In this document: in pieces, positions 29,655 through 39,891 of the stretch
Position numbering within the stretch: the first letter of the stretch is position 1
Layout: each line of letters opens with the position of its first letter
Origin: Bacteroidales bacterium
GTDB lineage: Bacteria > Bacteroidota > Bacteroidia > Bacteroidales > WCHB1-69
NCBI GenBank assembly: GCA_016285145.1
Contig: JAEEQE010000011.1
Location: 363-64,362 of the forward strand
Length of the DNA: 64,000 bases
Direction of reading: 5' to 3'
The notes under the pieces: generated by a model
What the model was told of the DNA's origin: nothing
Database searches by the model: none
What the model saw: only the letters and a program-made list of their open reading frames with translations
Translations under genes and position numbers: made by a program

Positions 29655-30650
29655 TTAGTTGGGCTTTGAAAGATGTTTCACCACCTCGGATTCCACCATG
29701 CTGTGAAGGTCGACAGCCTTAACTTGTTTTCCATCATGTATATAAAGGAAGGTGGGGAATTTCCCGTTCACCACTTCAATAGCAGTGAAAGGGTCAATGG
29801 TGACATACCGGAAATGGGTGGCGCCGCTCTCTTCCTTGAATTTTTGGATGCTCTCATCCTTGCCCCAGATGAAGAATATGACCTTGTTGGTGTCCAAATG
29901 GTTGTTTTCAACGATGGAGTTGAGTTTTTTGCCGCTGGTTTTGCAATATTTGCATCCGGCAGCCACATATCCTAAGATATAATTGCCGTCATCAATATCC
30001 AGAGATAGTGCAATGGTATCCTGCATGAATTCTTCAAAACGTGGTTCGTTTATGGATTGACCGTCGCGGTCAAAAAGATTCCATACGGAGTCCATGGGAA
30101 ACAGGGCGAAGGGCGCGGCGAAGGCGGCCACGGCTAACACAATCCCAACGGCTTTCCAACCCTTGAACCGCGCAGTTTCCTCTTTCCGTATCAGCAGCAT
30201 CAACGCCATGGTTATGATGTTCTTGAAGATGGACCAAGTGGGGTTCAGTTCCACTAACTCGCCCATACAATGGCAGTTGGCATCTTGCCGGAAAAGGGCC
30301 ACATAAATCAGAAGGAGGGTGAAACCCACCAGCATGGCCATCGTTGTCCACCAGACGGGTTTGTACAGGATTTTCAGGATGAGGAAGGCACCAAGCAGCA
30401 GTTCAGCCATAATCACCAGGCGGGCTATCACGGTGCATAGTAAATAGTTGAACAGATGGAAACTGTAAATGTACAGTTCGAAACTGTCAAGGGAGAGCAG
30501 TTTCAAAATACCCGTGGTGATGAAGAAGGCACCAATCAGCAGGCGGAGTATAAGCTTCAGCACGCGCACTGGCTGCCAGCGACGGGTTACCTCTTCGGGT
30601 TGATTGTTAAGGTCATATTCGGTTACGGGTTCTTGGATAATTTCATTCAT
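29655..30650 (-). CDS. DoxX/MauE-family membrane protein with C-terminal thioredoxin-like domain
   Basis: RLLIGAFFITTGILK, NCHCMGE, and CKYC in the C-terminal domain. Confidence 0.75.
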   Translation of the reverse strand: MNEIIQEPVTEYDLNNQPEEVTRRWQPVRVLKLILRLLIGAFFITTGILKLLSLDSFELYIYSFHLFNYLLCTVIARLVIMAELLLGAFLILKILYKPVWWTTMAMLVGFTLLLIYVALFRQDANCHCMGELVELNPTWSIFKNIITMALMLLIRKEETARFKGWKAVGIVLAVAAFAAPFALFPMDSVWNLFDRDGQSINEPRFEEFMQDTIALSLDIDDGNYILGYVAAGCKYCKTSGKKLNSIVENNHLDTNKVIFFIWGKDESIQKFKEESGATHFRYVTIDPFTAIEVVNGKFPTFLYIHDGKQVKAVDLHSMVESEVVKHLSKPN

Positions 30651-30654
30651 AACT

Positions 30655-32400
30655 TCAGATAATATCGGGTTCTATTCCTTTGGGGATGGCCCCAATCAGT
30701 TTTTTGGTGTAATCCGTCTGCGGATGGTCGCAGATGGCGTCGGCGTCATCCATTTCCACGATGCGTCCGTTCTGCATGACGGCAATGCGGTCCGACATGA
30801 AGCGGACCACGGAGAGGTCGTGCGAGATGAAAATATAGGTGAAATGGTATTCCTGCTTCAGTTCGTTCAGCAGGTTCAGCACCTGGGCTTGTACTGACAC
30901 ATCAAGGGCGGAGACTGATTCGTCGCAGATGATGAAGCGCGGGTTGACGGCCAGGGCGCGGGCGATGGAGATGCGCTGGCGCTGGCCGCCGGAGAACTCG
31001 TGCGGATAGCGGTAGAAGTGCGATTCGTTGAGGTTCACCCGTTCCAATAGGGCGATGGCTTTCGCGCGCCGCTCTTTGTCGTTGTGGCCAATACCGTGTA
31101 CCCGCATGGGCTCAATGAGCGCATCGCCAACGGTAAGCCGCTGGTTCAGCGATGAATAAGGGTCTTGCAGGATGATCTGCAATTCTTTGCGCATCCGACG
31201 CATATCGGCGCTGTTGAGGCTCATCAGGTTGGTGCCGCGATAGTGGACCTCCCCGGAGGTGGCCTCTATCAGTCGTATCATGCAGCGTCCCAAGGTGGTC
31301 TTGCCGCAGCCGGATTCGCCCACCAGTCCGAGCGTTTCCCCCTCATAAACATCGAAGGTGATGTTCTCCAAAGCCTGCACATATTGTCTTTTCTCAAAGA
31401 GCTTCCGCTTGCGCACAGGGTACAGTTTGGAGATGTTGCGGATGGAAATAAGCGGTTTTTCAGCATACAACTTGGTGTGAAACGCCTGACGCTCGTCGGC
31501 GGACACGCACAGTTTTTCGAAGGTTTCGCGGATGCCCTCCTGCCTGTGCTGCATGAAGTCGTCCACCGTGGGCAGCTGGCGCAGGCGCACGCGCATGGAG
31601 GGCCTGCACGCTAAAAGCCCTTGTGTATAAGGATGTTTTGGATTTAAGAACAGGTCTCTCACGGAGCCTTCCTCCACAATGTTCCCTTTGTACATCACCA
31701 GGACGCGGTCGGCGATCTCCGCCACCACGCCCAAATCGTGGGTGATGAACAGGACACTCATGCCGTATTTGGCCTGCAGTTTGCGGATGAGTTCGAGGAT
31801 TCCCTTTTGCACGGTTACGTCCAAGGCGGTGGTCGGCTCGTCGGCAATCAGCAGGTCGGGCTGGCAGCTCATGGCCATGGCGATCATCACGCGCTGCTTC
31901 TGCCCGCCGGAAAGCTCGTGCGGGTAGGAGTCGAAAATCTGCTCCGGGCGCGGGAGCATCACCTCCTTGAAGAGCTCGATAACATGCTTGCGGGCGGCCT
32001 CCTTGTCCATACGGGTGTGCAAAAGCATCTGCTCCGTGATCTGCTGCCCGCACCGGATAACCGGATTTAGCGAAGTCATCGGCTCCTGGAAAATCATGGC
32101 GATCTTGTTGCCACGGATGCGTTCCATCTCCTTTTCCGTGCAGCGCGACAGGTTGACCGTCGTGTCGGGCTGGGCGGGGTCGTGGAACAGAATCTGCCCG
32201 TCGGGATAGCGCGCGACGGAAGCGTTGAGCAAACGCATCACCGACAGCGCCGTCACCGACTTGCCGGAACCCGATTCGCCCACCACACCAAGGGTCTCGC
32301 CTCGTCCGATGTGGAATGATAGACCGTGAAGAATGGGATTCCATTCCTCATCCCGCTTCATCTCCAGCGCCAGATCCGTAATTTCGAGCAGTTTTTCCAT
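30655..32400 (-). CDS. ABC transporter ATP-binding protein, fused double domain (dipeptide/oligopeptide type)
   Basis: GESGSGKS and GESGCGKT; [12 protein letters not shown] and [12 protein letters not shown]. Confidence 0.95.
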   Translation of the reverse strand: MEKLLEITDLALEMKRDEEWNPILHGLSFHIGRGETLGVVGESGSGKSVTALSVMRLLNASVARYPDGQILFHDPAQPDTTVNLSRCTEKEMERIRGNKIAMIFQEPMTSLNPVIRCGQQITEQMLLHTRMDKEAARKHVIELFKEVMLPRPEQIFDSYPHELSGGQKQRVMIAMAMSCQPDLLIADEPTTALDVTVQKGILELIRKLQAKYGMSVLFITHDLGVVAEIADRVLVMYKGNIVEEGSVRDLFLNPKHPYTQGLLACRPSMRVRLRQLPTVDDFMQHRQEGIRETFEKLCVSADERQAFHTKLYAEKPLISIRNISKLYPVRKRKLFEKRQYVQALENITFDVYEGETLGLVGESGCGKTTLGRCMIRLIEATSGEVHYRGTNLMSLNSADMRRMRKELQIILQDPYSSLNQRLTVGDALIEPMRVHGIGHNDKERRAKAIALLERVNLNESHFYRYPHEFSGGQRQRISIARALAVNPRFIICDESVSALDVSVQAQVLNLLNELKQEYHFTYIFISHDLSVVRFMSDRIAVMQNGRIVEMDDADAICDHPQTDYTKKLIGAIPKGIEPDII

Positions 32401-32444
32401 AGAAAGCGCAAAAGTACAAAAAACATTTGGTTTGCAAAGGACAT

Positions 32445-32474
32445 AAAAAAAACAGGCAGCAAATCTGCTGCCTG
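32445..32474 (-). terminator. Intrinsic terminator after tRNA-Lys
   Basis: caggcagca-aatc-tgctgcctg stem followed by a T-run on the minus strand. Confidence 0.8.
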
Positions 32475-32476
32475 CC

Positions 32477-32552
32477 TGGTGTCTCAGCTGGGATTCGAAC
32501 CCAGGACCCCATCCTTAAAAGGGATGTGCTCTACCTGCTGAGCTACTGGGAC
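32477..32552 (-). tRNA. tRNA-Lys(TTT), CCA encoded
   Basis: Minus strand GTCCCAGTAGCTCAGCAGGTAGAGCACATCCCTTTTAAGGATGGGGTCCTGGGTTCGAATCCCAGCTGAGACACCA folds as a 76-nt cloverleaf. Confidence 0.96.
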
Positions 32553-32881
32553 ATCCTTTCGCTTTTAGCGGCTGCAAAAGTACGATTTTTTCATTACACT
32601 CTATTCATTCTCGGTAATTTTTTTGGTATAATATTTTATCTTACTGATAATCATTCTGTTAATTATAATTTTTAATAAAAACTAAAAACAAACCATAGAG
32701 TGCGAGTTTTTTCTATATTTGTGTTTTAACATATTGGATATAAATATGTTAAAAATGTTGTTCTATTTTTTGCAACCGATTGTGGGAAAACAGGGCATTT
32801 GTGTCGGAGATGAGAGGAAAAATGTAATTTTTCAAACAAATGACACCGAAAAACTGCAATCATAAATGTCTCTTAAAACAG

Positions 32882-33121
32882 ATGAAAAAACTAATCCTAA
32901 CTCCGAAAAAAGACACATTGACCATTTGCCTGCCGCCGGACTGGGTAGGCAAACCGCTTGTCTGTATTTTGAAGGATCCGGACGAACAAGACGAGGGGAT
33001 GATCTCGTATGTAAGTGATGTGTCCATCGGTTACCAGGCGGAACGCTACCGGTGGGCCAAGCGTGGTCGTCGTCCCCGTCGGCACCGTTTGCGTAAAAAG
33101 AGTGTCGATGTGATTCTCTAA
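32882..33121 (+). CDS. Small hypothetical protein (79 aa) with Arg-rich C-terminus
   Basis: ATG after an AT-rich region; [26 protein letters not shown]...; stop overlaps the convergent folE stop. Confidence 0.55.
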   Translation: MKKLILTPKKDTLTICLPPDWVGKPLVCILKDPDEQDEGMISYVSDVSIGYQAERYRWAKRGRRPRRHRLRKKSVDVIL

Positions 33122-33729
33122 TGCAGGTCTGCTCCGATGAGGTGCATGAATTCCTGACGGGTGTTTTCGTTTTTCAGGAAGGCCCCGGTGAATTCCGATG
33201 TGGTGGTCACAGAGTTCTGTTTCTGGATGCCCCGCATGGACATGCAGAGGTGCTGGGCTTCGATGACGACGGCCACTCCCAGAGGGTTCAAGACCTCTTG
33301 GAGGCAGTCCTTGATTTGAGTGGTGAGGCGTTCCTGCAGTTGCAGACGGCGGGCGAAACACTCCACCACGCGGGGAATCTTGCTCAGTCCCACGATGGTG
33401 CCGTTGGGGATGTATCCGATGTGCGCTTTTCCGAAAAATGGCAATAGATGATGCTCGCACAACGAGTATATTTCGATGTCTTTCACCACTACAATCTGTT
33501 TGTAATCCTCATGAAACAAGGCACTTTTCAAGATGGCCTTGGGATCCAGTCGATAGCCGTGGGTGAGGAAGTCAAGGGATTTGGCGGCCCGCATCGGCGT
33601 CTTGATCAGGCCCTCCCGCTTGGGGTCTTCGCCAATATTTTGCAAGAGCGAACGATAGCTTTCGGAGAGCGCTGTCAGATTGTCTTCCGATAGCTTGGGT
33701 ATCACATTGATAGAGTCGGTGATTTTCAT
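33118..33729 (-). CDS. folE: GTP cyclohydrolase I
   Basis: [37 protein letters not shown]. Confidence 0.98.
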   Translation of the reverse strand: MKITDSINVIPKLSEDNLTALSESYRSLLQNIGEDPKREGLIKTPMRAAKSLDFLTHGYRLDPKAILKSALFHEDYKQIVVVKDIEIYSLCEHHLLPFFGKAHIGYIPNGTIVGLSKIPRVVECFARRLQLQERLTTQIKDCLQEVLNPLGVAVVIEAQHLCMSMRGIQKQNSVTTTSEFTGAFLKNENTRQEFMHLIGADLH

Positions 33730-33734
33730 ATTTT

Positions 33735-34433
33735 TTATACTAAGTAAGGATTATACAGTTTCTCATCGCCGACCGTGGTGAGTCCGCCGTGGCCGGGATA
33801 TACCGTTGTGGTGTCCGGGAGGGTTAGGATTTTGGTTTTGATCATCTCGATCAGCAGCCGTCCGTTGCCGGTAGGCAGGTCGCTGCGGCCCACGCTGCCT
33901 TCGAAGAGCAGGTCGCCGCAGATCACATACCCGTTGGCGGCATCGTAGAGGGAGATGCTGCCGTCGCAATGGCCCGGCGTGTACAGCACTTGCAGGGCCT
34001 GCTTCCCGAAACGCACCTCGTCGCCCTCGTGCAGATAGCGGTCCGGCTGCGGCATCTCATCCACCGATAGCCCGAACGCCATCGCGTAGGCGTATGACTT
34101 GTTGTAGATGGGCATGCCTGCCTCGTGGCACCAGACGGGAGCCTCAAAGGTTCTGTGGCACCAGTTGTTGCCGGCAATATGGTCGATGTGCGGGTGCGTG
34201 TTCACGATGGCTTTGACGGACAGCCCGTGCTGCCGCACGTACTCCTCCAACTGGGCATCCTCGTACGACTGGCAGTTGCCAGGATCCACAAGGATGGCCT
34301 CCCCTGTGTCATCGTGCAGCACCAACGTGTTGACTTGTATGGGGTTGAAATGGAATATCCGTATGTTGATGTTCTCCATGTTCTGGTTTAGCGCGTTCAT
34401 GAATTCCGAAATCGAGATGTGTTTCTTCCCCAT
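33735..34433 (-). CDS. MBL-fold hydrolase (glyoxalase II-like); true start may be downstream
   Basis: [34 protein letters not shown]. Confidence 0.9.
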   Translation of the reverse strand: MGKKHISISEFMNALNQNMENINIRIFHFNPIQVNTLVLHDDTGEAILVDPGNCQSYEDAQLEEYVRQHGLSVKAIVNTHPHIDHIAGNNWCHRTFEAPVWCHEAGMPIYNKSYAYAMAFGLSVDEMPQPDRYLHEGDEVRFGKQALQVLYTPGHCDGSISLYDAANGYVICGDLLFEGSVGRSDLPTGNGRLLIEMIKTKILTLPDTTTVYPGHGGLTTVGDEKLYNPYLV

Positions 34434-34434
34434 G

Positions 34435-35751
34435 TTAGAAAGTCTTGGACTTGGGGTCGGAAACGTAGAGGTCTTTCACTTTGTTGCCGTTTTCAAACAA
34501 AGCGCTGTAGTGGAGGGTGCCGTCGGGTTTCCAGCACGACCACTTGCCCTCGCGCAGATGATTCTTGAACTGGCCTTGGAAGTGCTTCTTACCATTATTA
34601 TAATATTCGATGAAGGTGCCGTTGGGGATGTCGTGCACGAAATTCTGCTCCCGCACCTTGACCTCCTGCACATTGTAAAACACCCATTTGCCCTCTTTCA
34701 GGTCGTTGACATATTTGCCTTTGGCCACCGCTTTCCCGTTCTGTGCGTAATCGGTCCAGGGTCCGTTTTTGAGATTGTCCTTATAGGTGCCCTTGTGTGA
34801 CATTTTCCCGTTTTCCTCCCAGAAATAGGTGTACGGGCCGTTCCATTTGTTCTGCTTATAGGTGATGATGTATTTCTGTTTGCCGTCGTCGTACCATCCT
34901 TGCCACTGGCCGTCCATCTCACCATCCTTGAATGTGCCTTTGTCTTGGGTTTGGCCGTTGTGGTAATAGGAGGTCCAAAGACCGTTTTCCTTGTCGTGGG
35001 CAAAAGGCCCTTCACGCTGCAGGCGGCCGTCCTCATACCAGGCTTTCCAAATGCCTTCCCGCTTTCCGTTTACATAACTGCCTTTCTTCCATACTTTCCC
35101 GTTTTCATAATAATAGGTCCACTCACCCTGTTGCAATCCTTTTTCGAAAATGCCCCGGCTGCCGAGTGTGCCGTTCTCATGGTAGAATTTCCATTCGCCC
35201 TGTTGCAATCCTTTCACCGACGAGCCTTCCATGTCTTTCTGGCCGGTGCGGGTCCACCAGCAGGCATAGCCTTCTAATTCGCCCATTTGGTAAGTGCCTT
35301 CAAAATATTTGGCTCCGTCGTCAAAGTATTCTGTCACATGCCCGTCCACGCTGTCGGCTACATAAGTTACCTCTTTGAAAATTTTGCCGTTGGTGTGGTA
35401 AAATGTCCAGTTGCCACTGCGTTTGCCGTTGGCGAACTGGCCTTTCGATTCCACTTGGCCCGATTGGTACCAGCTGGTGAAGGGACCGTTTTCGGCGTTG
35501 TATTCCTGGGCCAGTTTACCGTTGTCGAACCAGACTTTCCAGACACCGACCTTTTTCCCGTCGCGATAGTCGCCTTCGGTCCATTTCATCCCATTGATGT
35601 GATAATAGACCCAGCGGCCCTGTTCCAGGCCTTGGGCTTCCACGCCCACCGACATCAGTTTGTTGTTTTTCCAATAGGTCTTAACCGTATCTTGGGCACT
35701 GGCGGTCAAGCATATCCATGCCAGGAGGATTACAAGAGATAAGTTGCGCAT
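34435..35751 (-). CDS. Secreted MORN-variant (YwqK-like) repeat protein
   Basis: Signal peptide followed by many roughly 24-aa G.W..YY.NG repeats. Confidence 0.88.
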   Translation of the reverse strand: MRNLSLVILLAWICLTASAQDTVKTYWKNNKLMSVGVEAQGLEQGRWVYYHINGMKWTEGDYRDGKKVGVWKVWFDNGKLAQEYNAENGPFTSWYQSGQVESKGQFANGKRSGNWTFYHTNGKIFKEVTYVADSVDGHVTEYFDDGAKYFEGTYQMGELEGYACWWTRTGQKDMEGSSVKGLQQGEWKFYHENGTLGSRGIFEKGLQQGEWTYYYENGKVWKKGSYVNGKREGIWKAWYEDGRLQREGPFAHDKENGLWTSYYHNGQTQDKGTFKDGEMDGQWQGWYDDGKQKYIITYKQNKWNGPYTYFWEENGKMSHKGTYKDNLKNGPWTDYAQNGKAVAKGKYVNDLKEGKWVFYNVQEVKVREQNFVHDIPNGTFIEYYNNGKKHFQGQFKNHLREGKWSCWKPDGTLHYSALFENGNKVKDLYVSDPKSKTF

Positions 35752-35797
35752 ATTCTCATTTATTAAAAGCGTGCAAAGATACTACAAAATCCGATAT

Positions 35798-37150
35798 TTA
35801 CCCTATAATACCGGAAATGATGATGATAATGAGGGCCAACGGGGACAAGTAGCGCAGCACGAAATAGTACAGTTCGAATGCCTTGGCCTTGATGGCTCCG
35901 CCGTTGGAAAGCTCGTCGCGCACTTCCGCCTTCGGGAAGAACCAGCCCAAGAAAATGGTCATCATCAGTGCCCCGATGGGCATCAGGTAAGAGGCGGTGA
36001 TGAGGTCGAAGAGGTCGAAGATGGTGCGGCTGAAGATGTGGAAATCTTTCAGGATGCCGAATGAAAGGGTGCAGAATATGCCGATGACGAAGACCAGCAG
36101 CGTGCTGACAAAGGAGGCTGTGCGCCGTTTCCAATGGAGTTCCTCCACGCCAAAGGCCACCAAGATTTCCAATAGGGAAATGGTGGAGGTGAGTGCGGCA
36201 ATGCCCAGTAACATGAAGAAAATGACGGCAAAGAGCGTACCCGCCGGCATACTGTTGAACACGTTGGGCAGTACAATATAGACGAGTTCCGGACCGCTGG
36301 CCGGGTTCATCCCGAAGGCAAACACCGCCGGAAAGATGACGATGCCCGCTAAGATGGCCACCAGAGAATCACAGCCGGCAATCCAAAGACTGGTGGGGAA
36401 GAGCTTGTCCTGCTTGCGGATGTAGGATCCGTAGGTCACCATGGCGCCCATGCCGATGCTGAGAGAGAAAAAGGATTGTCCCAAGGCGGATAGAATGCAG
36501 GTGCCATTGAGTTTGCTGAAATCGGGTTTGAACAGGAAACGAAGGCCTTCAGCGGCTCCGTCGAGGGTGACCGAGCGCACGCACATAAGCAGAAGGAGCA
36601 GGAAGAGTATGGGCATCAGCACTTTGCTTACCTTTTCAATGCCTTTTTGCACTCCCATGGTGATGACGGTGGCGGTTAGCGACAGAAACAACAGCTGATA
36701 CAACAACGGCCAGAAAGAGCCTTGCGTGAAGTCGGAGAACAGGGTTGTGATGGCTGTCGGGTCTTTGCCGGCAAGGCCGCCGCTGCAGGAGAGCACAATG
36801 TAGTTGAGCGTCCAGCCGGCCACCACGCTGTAAAAAGCATATATAAGGAAGGCGGCCACAATGCCGAACACGCCCAGCAACATCCAGCCTTTGCTGCCGT
36901 TGCTCAGCTTGCGGTAGGCGCCCACCACGTTGCTCTGCGAACGGCGCCCGATGATGAACTCCGTCATCATCAAAGGCACCCCGATGAGTAGGACGAAGAA
37001 AACATAGACGAGCAGGAATGCGCCGCCGCCGTTTTGCCCTAACATGTAGGGGAAGCGCCAGATATTACCCAAACCGACAGCCCCACCGGCCGCCGCCAAA
37101 ATCGCACCAAGGTTGGAGGTAAAACCTCTTTGAGTGTTTGTTGTTGCCAT
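35798..37150 (-). CDS. Sodium-dependent transporter, NSS/SNF family
   Basis: GGAVGLGNIWRFPY...GGGAFL; ALGQSFFSLSIGMG. Confidence 0.95.
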   Translation of the reverse strand: MATTNTQRGFTSNLGAILAAAGGAVGLGNIWRFPYMLGQNGGGAFLLVYVFFVLLIGVPLMMTEFIIGRRSQSNVVGAYRKLSNGSKGWMLLGVFGIVAAFLIYAFYSVVAGWTLNYIVLSCSGGLAGKDPTAITTLFSDFTQGSFWPLLYQLLFLSLTATVITMGVQKGIEKVSKVLMPILFLLLLLMCVRSVTLDGAAEGLRFLFKPDFSKLNGTCILSALGQSFFSLSIGMGAMVTYGSYIRKQDKLFPTSLWIAGCDSLVAILAGIVIFPAVFAFGMNPASGPELVYIVLPNVFNSMPAGTLFAVIFFMLLGIAALTSTISLLEILVAFGVEELHWKRRTASFVSTLLVFVIGIFCTLSFGILKDFHIFSRTIFDLFDLITASYLMPIGALMMTIFLGWFFPKAEVRDELSNGGAIKAKAFELYYFVLRYLSPLALIIIIISGIIG

Positions 37151-37259
37151 AATTTCAATTAAGGCGGCAAAGATAAACAAAACAAACTTTGGATGCGACC
37201 TTTCTTGTTTTTTTTGCTATTTTTGCGCCTCTATAATTTTGAAATAAAACTCTTTAAAA

Positions 37260-37670
37260 ATGAAAAAGTTAATGATTCTGATGGCGGTATGTTGCCTCGT
37301 GTTCGCATCTTGTGACAACAAACAGAAGGAAGAACCCGCCCTCACCCCGGAACAACAGGAAATGGCTGAAAAGCAAAAACAGTTCATGAAGGACCGCGAG
37401 GATTGGAACAATTGGGAGAATCAGACTGATGAGCGTAAGGCCGAGCTGCTGAACAAGAGCAAAACGGCTTATGAAAAACGTAAAGCCGCCCAGGAGGAGA
37501 AAGAGGCCCGCAAGGCCAAATTTGAAGAGGCTCTGGCCAATTGGGACAACCTCTCCCTGGATGAACGAAGAGCCGCCTTCGACCTCTTGGCTCCAGCCAA
37601 GCCCAATAGCAAAAGTGAGGTCAAAAGTTCTGACGAAGGCGACGAAACCACTGACAAAGACAAGAAATAA
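37260..37670 (+). CDS. Hypothetical lipoprotein (helical, charged)
   Basis: MKKLMILMAVCCLVFASC lipobox; stop overlaps the purN start (TAATG). Confidence 0.75.
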   Translation: MKKLMILMAVCCLVFASCDNKQKEEPALTPEQQEMAEKQKQFMKDREDWNNWENQTDERKAELLNKSKTAYEKRKAAQEEKEARKAKFEEALANWDNLSLDERRAAFDLLAPAKPNSKSEVKSSDEGDETTDKDKK

Positions 37671-38236
37671 TGCATACAATCGCAGTTTTCGCTTCGGGCT
37701 TCGGCTCCAACTTCCAAGCCTTGATTGAGGCGGTGCAGCAGCATACGCTGGATGCCCGCATCGCTCTTTTAGTTACCGACAAGCCAGGCTGCAAGGCCGA
37801 GCAAAGAGCTGTCAGTCACGGAATTGATGTGTTTGCCTTCTCCTCGAAGGATTACAACGGCAAGGAGGCATACGAGACGGCTATCTTGCAGGAACTCCGC
37901 CAGCGGGGGGTTGAATACATTGTCTTGGCCGGCTACATGCGTTATATCGGCAAGGTGCTTTTGGAGAACTTCCCGATGCGCATCATCAACCTCCATCCGG
38001 CACTGCTGCCTTCGTTCCCGGGCGCGCACGGCATCGCCGACGCCTATCATCACGGCGTGAAGGTGTTCGGCATCACCATCCACTTTGTGGATGAAGGGGT
38101 GGACACTGGCCGTATCATCGACCAGTTCGCCTTCCACGCCGATGGCAACGAAACGCTGGAGGAAATCGAGACCAAAATACATCAGTTAGAACACCAATAT
38201 TATCCGATTACCGTCAACAGGGTTGTGAACGGGTAG
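37670..38236 (+). CDS. purN: Phosphoribosylglycinamide formyltransferase
   Basis: FASGFGSNFQA, LAGYMR, INLHPALLPSFPG, DEGVDTG. Confidence 0.97.
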   Translation: MHTIAVFASGFGSNFQALIEAVQQHTLDARIALLVTDKPGCKAEQRAVSHGIDVFAFSSKDYNGKEAYETAILQELRQRGVEYIVLAGYMRYIGKVLLENFPMRIINLHPALLPSFPGAHGIADAYHHGVKVFGITIHFVDEGVDTGRIIDQFAFHADGNETLEEIETKIHQLEHQYYPITVNRVVNG

Positions 38237-38258
38237 TTGTTCTTTGCTAAAAACATAT

Positions 38259-38293
38259 AGGCTGCTTCATTATGAATGGGGCAGCCTTTTTTA
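38259..38293 (+). terminator. Intrinsic terminator after purN
   Basis: aggctgcttcatt-atg-aatggggcagcct followed by a T-run. Confidence 0.7.
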
Positions 38294-38306
38294 ATGCCTA
38301 ATACGC

Positions 38307-38335
38307 AAAAGAGGGCCTAAAAAGCCCTCTTTTTT
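38307..38335. terminator. Intrinsic terminator after ftsZ (possibly bidirectional)
   Basis: aaaagagggc...gccctctttttt. Confidence 0.7.
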
Positions 38336-38361
38336 ATATATTGCAATTGTATCGCGGCAAA

Positions 38362-39825
38362 TTAGTCCGCCAAGTCGCTGAAGAACTCGCTGAGATCGTT
38401 GGCCACCTCGTACATGGGGGTGTATTCCATGGTGGGCGTGGCGGGCGTGGCAGTGGTCTGCAGCGTGCTTACGCGCTGCTGTGTCTGGCGCAGGATGGCG
38501 GGGGTCTCTATCTTGTATTGGAAATCTTCTTCATCGTGGAACAGCGGGTCAACGGGTTCTTCAATGCGTTGGGGACCGCTTCCCGGGGTGAAGAAGGATT
38601 GCGGTGCGGGTTGCACCTGCGGCTCCATGGCAACAGCTGGCTCCTGATAGTCGAAAATGGATACATTCGGAGTCTGCTGTACGTTGGCCTCCTCACGAGG
38701 GGTGGTCAGGGTCTCATAATCATCCGCCTTGGGCGCAGCGGGCGCGTTGTTGGCTTCCACTTTCGTGCCCATCTGGATGTCGGTCTTGAAAATATCATCC
38801 TGCTTTTTGTCGTCGGTAACGACCGTGGTGAGCTCCTTCTCCAAGATTTCGCGGGCCTGGGAGTTGAAGTTGGTCACGATGACCGACAGCTTGAGGGCGT
38901 CGCCAAGGCTCTCGTCCACGCCACGGCCCCAAATGACTTCCGCTTCCGGACTCTTGACGGCTTCGAACTTCTCGGTAAGGGCTTCCAGTTCGGAAACCTT
39001 AAGCTCGTTGTCGGGACCGTAGCTGATGAAGAAGAGGAAGTTCTGGGCGTCGGCGATGACGGGGTTGTCCAACAGCGGGCAGCGCAGGGCGTCGTCCACC
39101 ACACGTTCCACACGGTCGGCACCGCTGGCCACGGCTAAGCCCAACATGGCCTTGCCGCTCTCCTTCATGATGGTCTCGATATCGTGGAAGTCCACATTCT
39201 GCTCGTAGTTGACAGTGATAAGCTCGGCGATGCACTTGACGGCATTCTTCAGCACGTCATCGGCATAGCTGTAGGCTTTGCTCAAAGTGTCTTCCTGATA
39301 GAATTTGAGGATGTTCTGGTTCTTGACCACAATCAGGGAGTCCACGTATTTGTCCAGTTCGGCGATTCCCCTTTCGGCTTGTTTGATACGGGCGGACCCT
39401 TCGAACTTGAAGGGGGCGGTAACCACACCGATGGTGAGGATGCCCATCTCATGGGCGATTTCAGCAATCACCGGGGAGGCTCCTGTACCGGTACCCTTGC
39501 CCATACCGGCAGTGATGAACAGCATCTTGGTCTCCCGACCGATGAAGTCCATGATCTTCTCCTTGCTGTCCAAAGCATATTGGCGGGCGATTTCGGGTTT
39601 CGCGCCGGCTCCGAGGCCGGTGCCCAACAAAAGCTTCTCGGGAACGGGGCTCTTGCTCAAATGCCCCTGGTCGGTGTTGCACACCAGAAAGTCCACACCC
39701 ACAATGCCTTCGCTGTACATGTGCTTGACCGCATTGCTGCCGCCGCCGCCGACACCGATAACTTTGATGATGGAGGAGTTCTCTCTTGCGCCGTAATCCG
39801 CTGTAATGTCAATTCTGTCTGTCAT
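38362..39825 (-). CDS. ftsZ: Cell division protein FtsZ
   Basis: IKVIGVGGGGSNAV, GLGAGAKPE, PFKFEG, NVDFHD; downstream of ftsA. Confidence 0.96.
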   Translation of the reverse strand: MTDRIDITADYGARENSSIIKVIGVGGGGSNAVKHMYSEGIVGVDFLVCNTDQGHLSKSPVPEKLLLGTGLGAGAKPEIARQYALDSKEKIMDFIGRETKMLFITAGMGKGTGTGASPVIAEIAHEMGILTIGVVTAPFKFEGSARIKQAERGIAELDKYVDSLIVVKNQNILKFYQEDTLSKAYSYADDVLKNAVKCIAELITVNYEQNVDFHDIETIMKESGKAMLGLAVASGADRVERVVDDALRCPLLDNPVIADAQNFLFFISYGPDNELKVSELEALTEKFEAVKSPEAEVIWGRGVDESLGDALKLSVIVTNFNSQAREILEKELTTVVTDDKKQDDIFKTDIQMGTKVEANNAPAAPKADDYETLTTPREEANVQQTPNVSIFDYQEPAVAMEPQVQPAPQSFFTPGSGPQRIEEPVDPLFHDEEDFQYKIETPAILRQTQQRVSTLQTTATPATPTMEYTPMYEVANDLSEFFSDLAD

Positions 39826-39891
39826 ATCTGTTTATGTTCTTAATTATCTTAAAAAAGGTTAATGATTCGGTTTGGTTTGGATGATATGGGG

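Noticed and set aside
32400-33121. Integrated element at tRNA-Lys
   Set aside because: No integrase, and I noticed no duplicated tRNA 3' end; the flanking genes are housekeeping.
34435-35751. YwqK-type antitoxin of a toxin-antitoxin pair
   Set aside because: A generic MORN-variant repeat protein with a signal peptide; no adjacent toxin, and it sits in a housekeeping context with folE.
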